From Alphaproteobacteria bacterium (GTDB taxonomy: Bacteria; Pseudomonadota; Alphaproteobacteria; UBA828): a stretch of 64,000 nt of DNA. Positions 22,442 through 35,434 of this stretch are shown here, in pieces. Positions within the stretch are counted from its first letter, which is position 1. Each line of letters opens with the position of its first letter. Below the pieces are notes generated by a model, which saw nothing but the letters and a program-made list of their open reading frames with translations, had not been told where the DNA came from and did no database searches. Where the stretch lies: positions 3,296,001 to 3,360,000 of the forward strand of contig OZ243972.1 of assembly GCA_965214705.1 (NCBI GenBank). The letters are read 5' to 3'. Position numbers and translations under genes: made by a program.

Positions 22442-23122
22442 ATGCGTGAGCATGTGGACGCGGTTCTCGTCGACTTCGACGGGACGCTTGTCGATTCCGC
22501 GCCCGATCTCATCGCGGCGCTCAACCGGCTGTTGACGGAACTGGGCCACGCGCCGGTCGTGTTCGAGCGCTTCCGCCAGCGCGCGGGCCAGGGCGCCAAG
22601 CGCCTCCTCCTCGCGGCGTTCGACTCCCAGGGCGCGACGCGGCCCGACGATGCCACGCTCCGGACCCTGATCGAGCGGCTCATCGCCTACTACTTCGAGA
22701 TCGAGACCGAGCGGGCGCAGCTCTTCCCCTCCGTGGCGGCCACCATCGAGCGGCTCCACGACGCCGACATCGCGCTCGCCGTCTGCACCAACAGGGGTGA
22801 GCGCTCGACGCGGCGCCTGCTCGCCCACTTCGAGATCGACCGCCATATCGAGGCGGTGCTCGCCGGCGACATGGTCGCCAGGATCAAGCCCGATCCCGGC
22901 CACGTTCAGGAGGCGCTGACGGCCCTCGGCACCCGGCCGGAGCGCGCGGTCATGGTGGGCGACAGCGCCGCCGACGTGGATTCTGCGCAAGGCGCGGGCG
23001 TCGCGGCGATCGTCACGGCCTACGGATACAGCCCGATCCCGCCGCATGACCTGGGGGCCGATGCCGTGATCGACGACTTCGCCGAGCTGCCGGCCGCGAT
23101 CGAGCGTCTCTTCCGAGGGTAG
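22442..23122 (+). CDS. gph: HAD-family phosphatase, phosphoglycolate phosphatase-like
   Basis: DFDGTLVDSAPD, KPDP, MVGDS; divergent from glmU. Confidence 0.8.
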   Translation: MREHVDAVLVDFDGTLVDSAPDLIAALNRLLTELGHAPVVFERFRQRAGQGAKRLLLAAFDSQGATRPDDATLRTLIERLIAYYFEIETERAQLFPSVAATIERLHDADIALAVCTNRGERSTRRLLAHFEIDRHIEAVLAGDMVARIKPDPGHVQEALTALGTRPERAVMVGDSAADVDSAQGAGVAAIVTAYGYSPIPPHDLGADAVIDDFAELPAAIERLFRG

Positions 23123-23130
23123 CCCGCCCG

Positions 23131-24111
23131 ATGACGATCCTCGTGACCGGGGCCGCCGGCTTCATCGGCTTCCACGTCTGCAAAGCGCTGCTCGCGCGCG
23201 GCGAGCGCGTCCTCGGCGTGGACAATCTGAACGCCTACTACGACGTGCGCCTCAAGCAGGCCCGGCTCGCCCTGCTGCAAGCACACGCGGGCTTCGCCTT
23301 CGCCCGCGCCGACATCGCCGACCGCGAGGCGATGGCCGCGGCGGTCGCGCAGGAGCGCGGCGCGATCACCGGGGTGGTCCACCTGGCGGCCCAGGCCGGG
23401 GTGCGCCATTCCCTGGTCGACCCTTACGCCTACGTGCAGGCCAACGTGATGGGCCAGGTGGTGCTGCTGGAGCTCTGCCGCGAACTGCCCGCGCTGGAGC
23501 ACATCGTCTACGCCAGCTCCAGCTCGGTCTACGGCGGCGTTGCCGAGGCGCCGTTCTCGACCGAGGCCCGCGTCGATTCCCCGGTCTCCCTCTATGCGGC
23601 GACCAAGACGGCCGGCGAGCTGATCGGCCACGTCTACGGGCATCTCCATGCCGTGCCCGCCACCGGGCTCCGCTTCTTCACGGTCTACGGCCCCTGGGGG
23701 CGGCCCGACATGGCCTATTTCCTGTTCACCCGGTCGATCCTGGAGAGCCGGCCGATCACACTCTTCAACCACGGCCGCATGAAGCGCGACTTCACCTATA
23801 TCGACGACGTGGTGCCGGCGGTCTTGCGCGTTCTCGACGCACCGCCGTCAGGCGACGGCGCCGCGCCCCACCGCCTCTACAACGTCGGCAACAACCGGTC
23901 CGAGGCCCTGACCGACTTCGTCGCCGAGCTTGAGCGGGCGCTCGGTCGCAAGGCGGTGGTCGAGCACGCGCCGATGCAGCCCGGCGACGTGGAGGAGACC
24001 TGGGCGGATATCGCGGCGCTGCAGCGCGACCACGGCTACGCGCCGAAGACCACCATCGCCGAGGGCATCCCCCGCTTCGTCGCCTGGTACCGCGAGCACT
24101 ACGGCGTCTAA
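23131..24111 (+). CDS. UDP-glucuronate 4-epimerase-like extended SDR
   Basis: TGAAGFIG, HLAAQAGVR, YASSSSVYG, YAATK, RFFTVYGPWGRPDMA. Confidence 0.92.
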   Translation: MTILVTGAAGFIGFHVCKALLARGERVLGVDNLNAYYDVRLKQARLALLQAHAGFAFARADIADREAMAAAVAQERGAITGVVHLAAQAGVRHSLVDPYAYVQANVMGQVVLLELCRELPALEHIVYASSSSVYGGVAEAPFSTEARVDSPVSLYAATKTAGELIGHVYGHLHAVPATGLRFFTVYGPWGRPDMAYFLFTRSILESRPITLFNHGRMKRDFTYIDDVVPAVLRVLDAPPSGDGAAPHRLYNVGNNRSEALTDFVAELERALGRKAVVEHAPMQPGDVEETWADIAALQRDHGYAPKTTIAEGIPRFVAWYREHYGV

Positions 24112-24126
24112 GCGGGCTCGCCCCGC

Positions 24127-25194
24127 TCAACCTTTGCCAGACGCTTTTCCCCAGCCCAGCTCGGCAAGTGCGCGGGCGCGGTCGCCGTATTCGTGCGCGT
24201 TGGGCGCGCTCGCGTTGCCCTTGAGGCCGCGCGCGTAGACTCCCTGGCAGATCGCCGCCATGCGGAAGAAGGCGAAGGCCATGTAGAAGCGCCACTCGGC
24301 GATCGGACCGCGCCCCGCGCGCTCGCAATAGGCGTCCCGGTAGGCCTCTTCCGCCGGCAGCCCCAGCGCCTCGAAGTCGGCGCCGCCGAGCCCCGGCAGC
24401 GCGGACGCGCCCCGGGGGATCGAAAAGGCCAGGCAGTTGTGGGCGAGGTCGCTCAGCGGGTGGCCCAGGGTGCTCAGCTCCCAGTCCAGCACCGCGGCGA
24501 CGCGGGGCTCGTCCGGGTGCACGATCAGATTGCCGGGCCGGTAATCGCCGTGGACGATGGTGGTCTCGTCGTCGTCGGGGATGTGGTCGGGGAGCCAGGC
24601 CAGCAGGCGGTCCATTTCCGGGATCTCGTCGGTGCGCGAAGCCTCGTACTGCCCGGACCAGCGCCGGATCTGGCGGGCGATGTAGTTGCCCTCCTTGCCG
24701 AAGTCGGCGAGGCCCAGCCCCCGCCAATCCGCGCCATGCAGCCGTGCCAGAACGTCGGCCATTGAGTCGTAGGCCGCCCCGCGCTGGTCGGTGCTAAGCG
24801 CAGGCCAGGCCGGGTCCTGGTCCACCGAGCCCTCCACATGGTCCATCACGTAGAAGGCCGTGCCAATGATCTCGGGATCCTCGCAGAGGTGGTGGACCTT
24901 CGGCACGGGCACGTCGGTCTCGGCCAGCGCCGCGAGGATGCGGTACTCGCGCTCCACCAGATGGGCCGAGGGCAGCAGCGTGCCGGGCGGCTTCTTGCGC
25001 AGCACGAAGCGCCGCTCCGGCCCTTCGATCAGATAGGTGGGGTTCGACTGCCCCGCCGCGAACTGGCTGATGGCCCGGATCGGCACGGCCTCCGGCACGT
25101 GCCCGCCCAGATGGCGCTCGAGCGCCGCCTGGTCGATGCGGTGCGCCGCGCGCACAGGCGTGGTCGCCGTCCCTGAAGCCGCTACCTGGGCCAT
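24127..25194 (-). CDS. Phosphotransferase family protein (APH / ACAD10-11 kinase-like)
   Basis: GQSNPTY, VLRKKPPG, HGDYRPGN, LDWELSTLG. Confidence 0.9.
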   Translation of the reverse strand: MAQVAASGTATTPVRAAHRIDQAALERHLGGHVPEAVPIRAISQFAAGQSNPTYLIEGPERRFVLRKKPPGTLLPSAHLVEREYRILAALAETDVPVPKVHHLCEDPEIIGTAFYVMDHVEGSVDQDPAWPALSTDQRGAAYDSMADVLARLHGADWRGLGLADFGKEGNYIARQIRRWSGQYEASRTDEIPEMDRLLAWLPDHIPDDDETTIVHGDYRPGNLIVHPDEPRVAAVLDWELSTLGHPLSDLAHNCLAFSIPRGASALPGLGGADFEALGLPAEEAYRDAYCERAGRGPIAEWRFYMAFAFFRMAAICQGVYARGLKGNASAPNAHEYGDRARALAELGWGKASGKG

Positions 25195-25320
25195 AAGTCA
25201 GCCTGACCGTTCCCAAACCCTCTTTCCTGCCCACCATTCTAGGGAGCGGCCCTCGAAGCGGCCAGAGTCGACTCCCTCATCCGGCCCCCGCTATCATCGC
25301 CGCCAAGCGGGGAGGGGCGT

Positions 25321-27192
25321 ATGGAGGCAGTGGTCGAGCGCGGCGGGGCGGAAGGCGCAGCCAGCACAGCCGCCGGGGCCAACGACGCGGGCGGGGGCGA
25401 TCCCTTCGGCTTCGAGCTCTTCCGCAACGCCATCTTCGCCATCGCGGACGAGATGGCGCTCACCGTCTGCCGCACCACCTATTCCGGCGTGCTGCGCGAC
25501 AACATGGATTTCTCCACCGCGCTTACCGACGGCGACGGCCGCCTGATCGCGCAGGGGCTCACCCTGCCGGGCCATCTCGGCTCGGTGCCCACCGCCATCC
25601 AATCGGTGCTGCGCCACTACGGCGACGACATGCACCCCGGCGACATCTTCGTGATGAACGACCCGTTCGACGGCGGCATGCACCTGCCCGACATCTTCAT
25701 CTTCAAGCCGATCTTCGACGGGGACGAGCGCCTCGCCTTCGCCGCCACGGTCTGCCACCACGCCGATGTCGGCGGCCGGGTCGCGGGCTCCAATGCCTCG
25801 GATTCCACCGAGATCTACGCGGAAGGCGTGCGCATCCCGCCGCTCCGCCTCTACGACGCCGGCAAGCGCAACGAGACCCTCTTCGCGATCCTCGAGAAGA
25901 ACGTGCGCCTGCCGGTCAAGCTCTTCGGCGACCTGCGTGCCCAGCTTGCCGCCTGCCACATCGCCGAGCGCCAGTTCCTCGACCTGGTGCGCCAGCACGG
26001 CGCCGAGGCCACGCGCTTCTACCTGCGCGAGATCATCGACTATGCCGAGCGGCTGACGCGCGCGGCGCTCCGCGAGCTGCCCGACGGCGAGGCGAGCTTC
26101 GAGGACTGGATCGACGACGACGGCATCGACCGCGGCAAGCCGATCAGGCTGTTCGTGACCTTCCGCAAGGAGGGCGACAGCCTCCACGCCGACTGGGCGG
26201 GGTCCTCGCCGCAGGTCAAGGGCGCGATCAACGGCACGCTGTCGTGGACCAAGGCTGCGACCTACACGGCGGTGCGCTCGGTCCTGCCGCCGGGCATCCC
26301 GGACAACGAGGGCGTCTTCCGCGCCATCACCGTCACCGCGCCGCCCGGCACCATCACCAACGCGGTGCTGCCGGCGGCGTGCGCGGCGCGCGGGCTCACC
26401 GGCTTCCGCATGGTGGACTGCGCCTTCGGCGCGCTCGCCATGCTGCTGCCGGACAAGGTTTTCGCGGCCTCCGACGGCGGCAACACGGGCATCACCATCG
26501 GCGGCTACGACGCCGAGCGTAAGCCCTTCATCTACGTCGATTTCACCTGCGGCACCTGGGGCGCCAGGCCCTGGGCCGACGGCCTCGAAGGCAACTCCAA
26601 CATCCTCGCCAACATGGCGTCGCAGTCGGTGGAGGTGATCGAGACCGAACAGCCGCTGCAGATCCTCTCCTACGAGTTCGTGCCCGACCGCGCCGGCGCC
26701 GGCCGCTACCGGGGCGGCACGCCCTACCGCCGCGACTATCGCTTCCTGGAGGCAGAAGGCCTGCTCCAGGTGCGGGCCGACCGGCACACCTTCAGGCCCT
26801 ACGGGCTCTATGGCGGGAGCCCCGGCCAGCCCTCGCGCAACGTGCTGAACCCGGGGCCGGACGAGCAGCCGCTGCCGAGCAAGCTCACCGAGACCATCCT
26901 GCGCGGCGACGTCTTCCGCCACGAACTCGCGGGCGCGGGCGGCTGGGGCGACCCGCTGGAGCGCGCCCCGCACGCCGTGCTGCGCGACCTCCGCAACGAG
27001 CTGATCGGCGATGCCACCGCGCGCAACGACTATGGCGTGATTGTCGACCGGGGCGCGTGGCAGGTCGATCACGCCGCGACCGACGCGCGCCGGGCGGCGC
27101 TGCGGGCCGCGCGGGGGTGGACTGCGCTACCCGCCGTCTCGCGCGGCGAGATGCCCGAGACGGGGAGCGGCGCGCCCGAGAGCGGGGCGTGA
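25321..27192 (+). CDS. Hydantoinase/oxoprolinase subunit B #2
   Basis: NDPFDGGMHLPD, HHADVGG, GAGRYRGG, GAGGWGDP. Confidence 0.93.
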   Translation: MEAVVERGGAEGAASTAAGANDAGGGDPFGFELFRNAIFAIADEMALTVCRTTYSGVLRDNMDFSTALTDGDGRLIAQGLTLPGHLGSVPTAIQSVLRHYGDDMHPGDIFVMNDPFDGGMHLPDIFIFKPIFDGDERLAFAATVCHHADVGGRVAGSNASDSTEIYAEGVRIPPLRLYDAGKRNETLFAILEKNVRLPVKLFGDLRAQLAACHIAERQFLDLVRQHGAEATRFYLREIIDYAERLTRAALRELPDGEASFEDWIDDDGIDRGKPIRLFVTFRKEGDSLHADWAGSSPQVKGAINGTLSWTKAATYTAVRSVLPPGIPDNEGVFRAITVTAPPGTITNAVLPAACAARGLTGFRMVDCAFGALAMLLPDKVFAASDGGNTGITIGGYDAERKPFIYVDFTCGTWGARPWADGLEGNSNILANMASQSVEVIETEQPLQILSYEFVPDRAGAGRYRGGTPYRRDYRFLEAEGLLQVRADRHTFRPYGLYGGSPGQPSRNVLNPGPDEQPLPSKLTETILRGDVFRHELAGAGGWGDPLERAPHAVLRDLRNELIGDATARNDYGVIVDRGAWQVDHAATDARRAALRAARGWTALPAVSRGEMPETGSGAPESGA

Positions 27193-29273
27193 GCGGCTGG
27201 CGCATCGGAGTCGATATCGGCGGCACCTTCACCGATATCGTTCTCCTCGGCGCGGACGGCACCGTCGCCACCCGCAAGATCTCCTCCAGCGTCGACGACT
27301 ATGCCCGCGCCATCATGGAGGGGATCGCTTCCCTCGTCGCCGAGCACGCCATCGACGGCGCCGAGATCGCCGAGATCACGCACGGCACCACCGTCGCCAG
27401 CAACGCGCTGCTGGAGCGCAAGGGCGCGCGTACCGGCCTGATCGGCACGAAGGGTTTTCGGGACATCCTGGAGATCCGCAATCTCAGGATGCCCCGGCTC
27501 TACGACCTCGCGTGGGAGAAGCCGCCGCCCCTGGTCGAGCGCTACCTGCGCGCCGTGGTGGACGAGCGCATCGACGCCCGCGGCAACGTGCAGACGGCCC
27601 TCGATGCCGACGAGGCGCGCGCCGTGGTCGACCGGCTGCTTGCAGAGGGGGTGGAGGCGATCGCCGTCTGCCTCATCAACGCCTTCAACAATCCGGTGCA
27701 CGAGCGGGCGCTGGAGGCCATCGTGCGCGAAAAGGCGCCGGGCTGCACCGTCTGCATCAGCTACGACGTCCTGCCCGAGATCAAGGAGTACGAACGCACC
27801 TCCACCACGGTGATCAACACCTACATCAGCCCGATCGTGCGCACCTATCTGGAGCGGCTGCGCCAGGCGATCCTGGAGCGCTGCCCCAAGGCCCACCTGC
27901 TCATCATGCAGTCCAACGGCGGGTTGACCTCGGCGGACGAGGCGGCGCGGCGCCCGGTCAACATCGTGGAATCCGGGCCGGCCGGCGGGGTGGTGGGCGC
28001 GCTCGCCATGGCCGGCGACATCGGCCAGGACGATCTCGTCACCTTCGATATGGGCGGCACCACGGCCAAGGCGGCGCTGATCGAGGGCGGCGTCATCAGC
28101 CGCTCCGCCGAGTTCCAGGTGGGGGGTGGCATCCTCACCGGCTCCCGGCTCTTGACCGGCGCCGGCTACCTGGTGCGGATGCCCGCCATTGACCTCGCCG
28201 AGGTGGGCGCGGGCGGCGGCTCGCTCATCGCCATCGACGCCGGCGGTTCCATGCAGGTGGGGCCCGAGAGCGCGGGCGCCGAGCCCGGCCCCGTGTGCTA
28301 CGACCAGGGCGGAACCGCGCCCACCATCACCGACGCCAACGTCGCGCTCGGCTACCTCAATCCGGACTACCTCGTGGGCGGGGCGCTCCCCATCGACGCT
28401 GCCAAGGCGATCGCTGCCCTGCGCACGCAGATCGCCGAGCCGCTCGGCGTCTCGGTGGAGGAGGCGGCCTACGGCGCGCACCGGATCGTGGCCTCCAACA
28501 TGATCCGCGCCATCCGCGCGGTCTCGACCGAGCGCGGGCGCGACCCACGCGGCTACACGCTGGTCGCTTTCGGCGGCAACGGGCCGGTGTTCGGCGCCGC
28601 GATGGCGCAGGCCCTCGATATCCGGCGGGTGGTCGTGCCGCAGGCACCGGGTCTCTTCTCCTCGTTCGGGTTGCTCACGGCGGATGTGGAGCACCACCTC
28701 TCGCGCACCTTCCGGGAGCTTCTGCGGGGCATCGACAAGGCGGCGCTCAACGAGCGCTGGGACGCGCTCGCGGAAGACGCGCGGCAGAGGCTCGCCGCCG
28801 ACGGCTACGGCGGGGAGGCCGGCCAGATCGAGCGTCACGCGAGCCTGCACTACCAGGGGCAGACCTACGAGCTCACCGTGCCGGTGCCCGACGGCCCGCT
28901 CGACGATGCCGCGCTGGCTGCGCTGGAAGAGGCCTTCCACGCGGAGCACGAGCTCACCTACGGCCACCGCGCGGGGTCGGAGGAGCCGGTGGAGCTGGTG
29001 ACGCTACGCGTGCTGGGCCGGGGCCGCAGGCCCACGGCGCCGCCGCCCCGCATCGAGCATGGGGCAGGGGCGGCGCAGGAAACCGCCGCGCGGCGCGCCT
29101 ATTTCGGCCCGGAGCACGGCTGGCGCGAGGCCGCCGTGATCGGCCGTGCCGACCTTGCGGAGCGCCGCGAGGGGCCGCTGATCGTCGAGGAGTACGACGC
29201 CACCTGCGTCGTGCCGCCCGGCGTCTCCGCCGCGCTCAACGACGCCGGCTGTATCGTCCTCGAGGTGGGCTAG
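27189..29273 (+). CDS. Hydantoinase/oxoprolinase subunit A #2
   Basis: GTGA overlap with B; DIGGTFTD, ESGPAGG, DMGGTT, GAGGGS. Confidence 0.93.
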   Translation: MSGWRIGVDIGGTFTDIVLLGADGTVATRKISSSVDDYARAIMEGIASLVAEHAIDGAEIAEITHGTTVASNALLERKGARTGLIGTKGFRDILEIRNLRMPRLYDLAWEKPPPLVERYLRAVVDERIDARGNVQTALDADEARAVVDRLLAEGVEAIAVCLINAFNNPVHERALEAIVREKAPGCTVCISYDVLPEIKEYERTSTTVINTYISPIVRTYLERLRQAILERCPKAHLLIMQSNGGLTSADEAARRPVNIVESGPAGGVVGALAMAGDIGQDDLVTFDMGGTTAKAALIEGGVISRSAEFQVGGGILTGSRLLTGAGYLVRMPAIDLAEVGAGGGSLIAIDAGGSMQVGPESAGAEPGPVCYDQGGTAPTITDANVALGYLNPDYLVGGALPIDAAKAIAALRTQIAEPLGVSVEEAAYGAHRIVASNMIRAIRAVSTERGRDPRGYTLVAFGGNGPVFGAAMAQALDIRRVVVPQAPGLFSSFGLLTADVEHHLSRTFRELLRGIDKAALNERWDALAEDARQRLAADGYGGEAGQIERHASLHYQGQTYELTVPVPDGPLDDAALAALEEAFHAEHELTYGHRAGSEEPVELVTLRVLGRGRRPTAPPPRIEHGAGAAQETAARRAYFGPEHGWREAAVIGRADLAERREGPLIVEEYDATCVVPPGVSAALNDAGCIVLEVG

Positions 29274-29284
29274 AGCGCGTCCGC

Positions 29285-31320
<2,036 letters not shown>

Positions 31321-31408
31321 CCGGGCGGGCGTCAGCCTGCGCCCCACCGATTTAGGCCAGCACTGCTGTCTTGACAGGCGTGGGCGGCGGGGTTGATGTC
31401 GTGGCGCC

Positions 31409-31744
31409 ATGGCCGAGCGATTCGCCCGCGTTCGCTACCGGACCATCATCGTGCTGCTCACCTGCGCGCTGGGCCTGCTCTATGTCGGCTACCAGAGCGT
31501 GCAGGGCGAGCGCGGGCTGCTCCGGTGGGTCGAGCGCTCCGCCGAGGTGGAGCGGACCCGCGCCGAGGTGGGCGCGCTTGCCGAGGAGCGGCGCAAGCTG
31601 GAGCACCGTGTCTCCCATCTTCGGAGCGACAACCTGGACCTCGATCTGCTGGATCAGGAGGCCCGCCGGATGCTCAACCTCGGCCACCCGGACGAGGAGA
31701 TCATCTTCCACGACCGCCCGTCGGGCTCCGGCACGAACGAGTAA
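31409..31744 (+). CDS. ftsB: Septum formation initiator FtsB/DivIC
   Basis: N-terminal TM helix, coiled coil, LDLDLLDQEARRML; conserved position after eno. Confidence 0.88.
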   Translation: MAERFARVRYRTIIVLLTCALGLLYVGYQSVQGERGLLRWVERSAEVERTRAEVGALAEERRKLEHRVSHLRSDNLDLDLLDQEARRMLNLGHPDEEIIFHDRPSGSGTNE

Positions 31745-31750
31745 GCGCAT

Positions 31751-31888
31751 TTTCTCGCTCACGGCAGCCGGCCTGCGGCCGGCGCCTCCGCGTCGCGCGT
31801 CCACGCGCGCAGGCGCGCGATGGCGCCGCATAAGCGGCGGGCCGCGGTCGCGGCCTGTCGCGCGTCCGTCAAAGCCGGACACGCTCTA
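31751..31888. repeat. Multi-hairpin intergenic element, copy 2 (inverted, partial)
   Basis: Near-identical to the reverse complement of 17690-17828. Confidence 0.8.
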
Positions 31889-32032
31889 GCGTCGAGCGGC
31901 CAAATCCCTTGTCATGGCAAGTAACTGTTGCCTTCCCCTTGTCAGCCGACCCCGATTGACCTAGCGTGCCTTGACGTTCCGCGCCAGCCGATTACGTGAT
32001 GGGTGGAGCGGGCGTCGGAGGCGAGGACAGGA

Positions 32033-33052
32033 ATGGCGACTGCCAGGAAACGGGCCCGGAGTGGGACTGCACCCGCTCGCGAGGCCGCGATGGAGCCGGA
32101 GACGCTGCATCGCGCGTTCCGCGACATGCTGCTGCTCCGCCGCTTCGAGGAGAAGGCGAGCCAACTCTATGGCATGGGGCTGATCGGCGGCTTTTGCCAC
32201 CTCTATATCGGGCAGGAGGCGGTGGTCACCGGCATCCAATACGCGCTCGGGCCCGGCGATTCGGTCATCACAGGCTATCGCTGCCACGCCCACATGCTGA
32301 TCGCGGGCGTTCCGCCCAAGGAGGTCATGGCGGAACTCACCGGGCGTGCTGCCGGCTCCTCCAAGGGCAAGGGCGGCTCGATGCATCTGTTCGCGCCCGA
32401 GCGCGGCTTCTACGGCGGCCACGGCATCGTCGGCGCCCAGGTGCCGCTCGGCGTCGGCCTCAGCTTCGCCCACAAGTACCGCGCCTCGGACCGCATCTCC
32501 GTCACCTACTTCGGCGACGGTGCTGCCAATCAGGGCCAGGTGTTCGAGGCCTTCAACATGGCGGCGCTCTGGCAGCTCCCCGTCCTCTTCGTGATCGAGA
32601 ACAACCAGTACGCCATGGGCACGGCGGTGGAGCGCTCGGCGGCGGTGTCGGAGCTCCACGAGCGCGGCGCGGCCTTCGGCATTCCCGGCGGGCGGGTCGA
32701 CGGCATGGACGTAGCGGCGGTCTACCATGCGACGCAGGAGGCCGTCGCGGGCTTGCGGGCGGGCAACGGGCCGCTGCTGCTCGAAATGATGACCTACCGC
32801 TACCGCGGCCATTCGATGTCCGACCCAGCCAAGTACCGGAGCCGCGATGAGGTGAGCAAGGTGCGCAAGGAGCGCGATGCCATCGAGCAGGCGCGCCAGG
32901 CCCTGATCGACGGCGGCCACGCCGACGAGGACGCCATTAAGGAGATCGACCGGGAGATCAAGGCCATCGTCAACGAGGCCGCCGACTTCGCGCAGGAAGC
33001 GCCGGAGCCCGCGCCGGTCTCCCTCGACGCCGATATCGTGGTCAGCGCCTGA
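32033..33052 (+). CDS. pdhA: Pyruvate dehydrogenase E1 alpha
   Basis: IGGFCHLYIGQEA, GKGGSMH, GDGAANQGQ, YRYRGHSMSDP. Confidence 0.97.
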   Translation: MATARKRARSGTAPAREAAMEPETLHRAFRDMLLLRRFEEKASQLYGMGLIGGFCHLYIGQEAVVTGIQYALGPGDSVITGYRCHAHMLIAGVPPKEVMAELTGRAAGSSKGKGGSMHLFAPERGFYGGHGIVGAQVPLGVGLSFAHKYRASDRISVTYFGDGAANQGQVFEAFNMAALWQLPVLFVIENNQYAMGTAVERSAAVSELHERGAAFGIPGGRVDGMDVAAVYHATQEAVAGLRAGNGPLLLEMMTYRYRGHSMSDPAKYRSRDEVSKVRKERDAIEQARQALIDGGHADEDAIKEIDREIKAIVNEAADFAQEAPEPAPVSLDADIVVSA

Positions 33053-33076
33053 GAGCCGCGCAGGACGCCGCCCCAC

Positions 33077-34060
33077 ATGGTTCAGCAGACCGTTCGAGAG
33101 GCGCTCCGCGACGCGATGGCGGAGGAGATGCGGGCCGACCCCGACGTGTTCCTCATGGGCGAGGAGGTGGCGGAATACCAGGGCGCATACAAGGTGAGCC
33201 AAGGGCTGCTCGACGAGTTCGGTGCGGGGCGCGTGATCGACACGCCCATCACCGAGGCCGGGTTCGCCGGCATCGGCGTCGGCGCCGCCATGGGCGGGCT
33301 GAAGCCCATCGTCGAGTTCATGACCTTCAACTTCGCCATGCAGGCGATGGACCATCTGATCAACTCGGCCGCGAAGACGCTCTACATGTCCGGCGGCCTG
33401 CTGCCGGTGCCGGTGGTCTTTCGCGGACCCAACGGCGCCGCCGCAAGGGTCGCGGCGCAGCACTCCCAGTGCTACGCGAGTTGGTTCGCCCACGTGCCCG
33501 GCTGGCGGGTAATTGCGCCCTATTCGGCGGCCGACGCCAAGGGGCTGCTGAAGTCCTGCATCCGCGATCCCAACCCGGCGGTGTTCTTGGAGAACGAGCT
33601 GCTCTACGGCCAGAGCTTCGAGGTGCCCGAAGGCAACGATCACCTGGTGCCCATCGGCCAGGCCGCGGTCGCCCGCGCCGGCAGCGATGTCACCGTAGCC
33701 GCGTTCTCGATCATGGTGGGCCGCGCGCTGGAGGCGGCGGAGACGCTCGCCGCAGAGGGCATCGAGGCCGAAGTCATCGACCTGCGCTCGCTCCGCCCGC
33801 TCGACGGCGCGGCGGTGCTGGCCTCGGTGGAGAAGACCAACCGCCTGGTCACGGTGGAGGAGGGCTGGCCCTTCGCCGGCATCGGCGCCGAGGTCGCCGC
33901 GCTGGTCATGGAGCAGGCGTTCGACATGCTCGACGCGCCGGTCGCGCGGGTCTCGGGCGCCGACCTGCCGATGCCTTACGCCGCCAATCTCGAAGCCGCG
34001 ACCCTGCCGGGCGCGAAAGACATCGCCGACGCCGTCCGCCGCGTCTGCTATCAGGAATAG
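33077..34060 (+). CDS. pdhB: Pyruvate dehydrogenase E1 beta (no lipoyl domain)
   Basis: [31 protein letters not shown]. Confidence 0.97.
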   Translation: MVQQTVREALRDAMAEEMRADPDVFLMGEEVAEYQGAYKVSQGLLDEFGAGRVIDTPITEAGFAGIGVGAAMGGLKPIVEFMTFNFAMQAMDHLINSAAKTLYMSGGLLPVPVVFRGPNGAAARVAAQHSQCYASWFAHVPGWRVIAPYSAADAKGLLKSCIRDPNPAVFLENELLYGQSFEVPEGNDHLVPIGQAAVARAGSDVTVAAFSIMVGRALEAAETLAAEGIEAEVIDLRSLRPLDGAAVLASVEKTNRLVTVEEGWPFAGIGAEVAALVMEQAFDMLDAPVARVSGADLPMPYAANLEAATLPGAKDIADAVRRVCYQE

Positions 34061-34069
34061 GGAGACGAC

Positions 34070-35383
34070 ATGCCGATCCAGATTCTCATGCCGGCGCTCT
34101 CGCCGACGATGACCGAGGGCAACGTCGCGAGCTGGCTCAAGAACGAGGGAGACTCGGTCCAGGCCGGCGACATTCTGTGCGAGATCGAGACCGACAAGGC
34201 GACCATGGAGGTGGAGGCCACCGACGAGGGCACGCTTGCCAGGATCGTCGCCCCCGCCGGTACCGAGGCGGTGCCGGTGAACGCGGTCATCGGGCTGATC
34301 CTGGAAGAGGGCGAGGACTCGTCGGCTCTCGAGGGCGCTGAGGCTGCAGCCCCCGCAGCAGCGGCGCCCGCTGCCGCGCCGGCCGAGCCGGCGGCTGAGC
34401 CCGCACCGGCGGCAGCCCCGGCCGCACCAGCGCCCGGTGGCAACGGCGCGACACCGCCTGCGCCCGCGCGCGAGCCCGGCGCACGCATCTTCGCGAGCCC
34501 GCTGGCACGCCGCATGGCCAAGCAGGCCGGCCTCGCGCTGGAGGCCATCGCCGGCACCGGCCCGAACGGGCGAATCGTCAAGGTCGATGTCGAGGCGGCG
34601 ATCGCCGCCGCGGCGGCCGCGCCTGCAGTTGCCGCGCCCGCTCCGGCGGCGGCTGCACCCGTTGCGGCGCCGGTCGCGGCGCCTGCCGCTCCTGCTGCCT
34701 ACCAGGACGCGCCGGCCAGCACCATGCGCAAGGTCATCGCGCAGCGGCTGCAGGAGGCCAAGCGCGAGGTCCCGCACTTCTACCTGACGGTCGACTGCGC
34801 GGTCGATGCGCTGCTGGAGACCCGCGCCCAGCTCAACGAGCGCTCGGACGACTACGCCCTCTCGGTCAACGACTTCGTGATCCGCGCCGCGGCGCTCGCG
34901 CTGCGCAAGGTCCCGGCCGCCAATGCCTCGTGGGTGGACGGCGCGCTCCGGCAATACGCGAGCGCCGATGTCTCGGTGGCCGTTGCCATCGAGGACGGGC
35001 TGGTGACGCCCATCGTGCGCAATGCCGACGGCAAGGGGCTCGCCGAGATTTCGGCCGAGGTGAAGGAGCTCGCCGGGCGCGCCCGCGCCAAGCCCATGGG
35101 GCTCGCGCCGGAGGAGTATCAGGGCGGCACCTTCAGCGTCTCCAACCTCGGCATGTACGGCATCAAGGAGTTCGCGGCGATCATCAACCCGCCGCAGTCG
35201 ATGATCCTCGCCGTCGGCACCGCCGAGCAGCGGCCGGTGGTCAGGGACGGCGCGCTCGCCGTCGCCACCATGATGTCGTGCACGCTCTCGGTCGATCACC
35301 GCGTGGTCGACGGCGCGCTCGGCGCCCGGTTCATGCAGGCGTTCAAGGGCCTGATCGAAGACCCGCTCACCATGCTTCTCTAG
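34070..35383 (+). CDS. pdhC: Dihydrolipoamide acetyltransferase E2
   Basis: Lipoyl motif EIETDKATME, Ala/Pro linkers, ASPLARR, DHRVVDG. Confidence 0.97.
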   Translation: MPIQILMPALSPTMTEGNVASWLKNEGDSVQAGDILCEIETDKATMEVEATDEGTLARIVAPAGTEAVPVNAVIGLILEEGEDSSALEGAEAAAPAAAAPAAAPAEPAAEPAPAAAPAAPAPGGNGATPPAPAREPGARIFASPLARRMAKQAGLALEAIAGTGPNGRIVKVDVEAAIAAAAAAPAVAAPAPAAAAPVAAPVAAPAAPAAYQDAPASTMRKVIAQRLQEAKREVPHFYLTVDCAVDALLETRAQLNERSDDYALSVNDFVIRAAALALRKVPAANASWVDGALRQYASADVSVAVAIEDGLVTPIVRNADGKGLAEISAEVKELAGRARAKPMGLAPEEYQGGTFSVSNLGMYGIKEFAAIINPPQSMILAVGTAEQRPVVRDGALAVATMMSCTLSVDHRVVDGALGARFMQAFKGLIEDPLTMLL

Positions 35384-35434
35384 CTTGGGAGGGCCATAAC
35401 GGCCCCCCTCACGCAGACCAGACCGGAGGACATC

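Noticed and set aside
34330-34700. Low-complexity GCN/CCN repeats in pdhC
   Set aside because: Ordinary Ala/Pro linkers of E2
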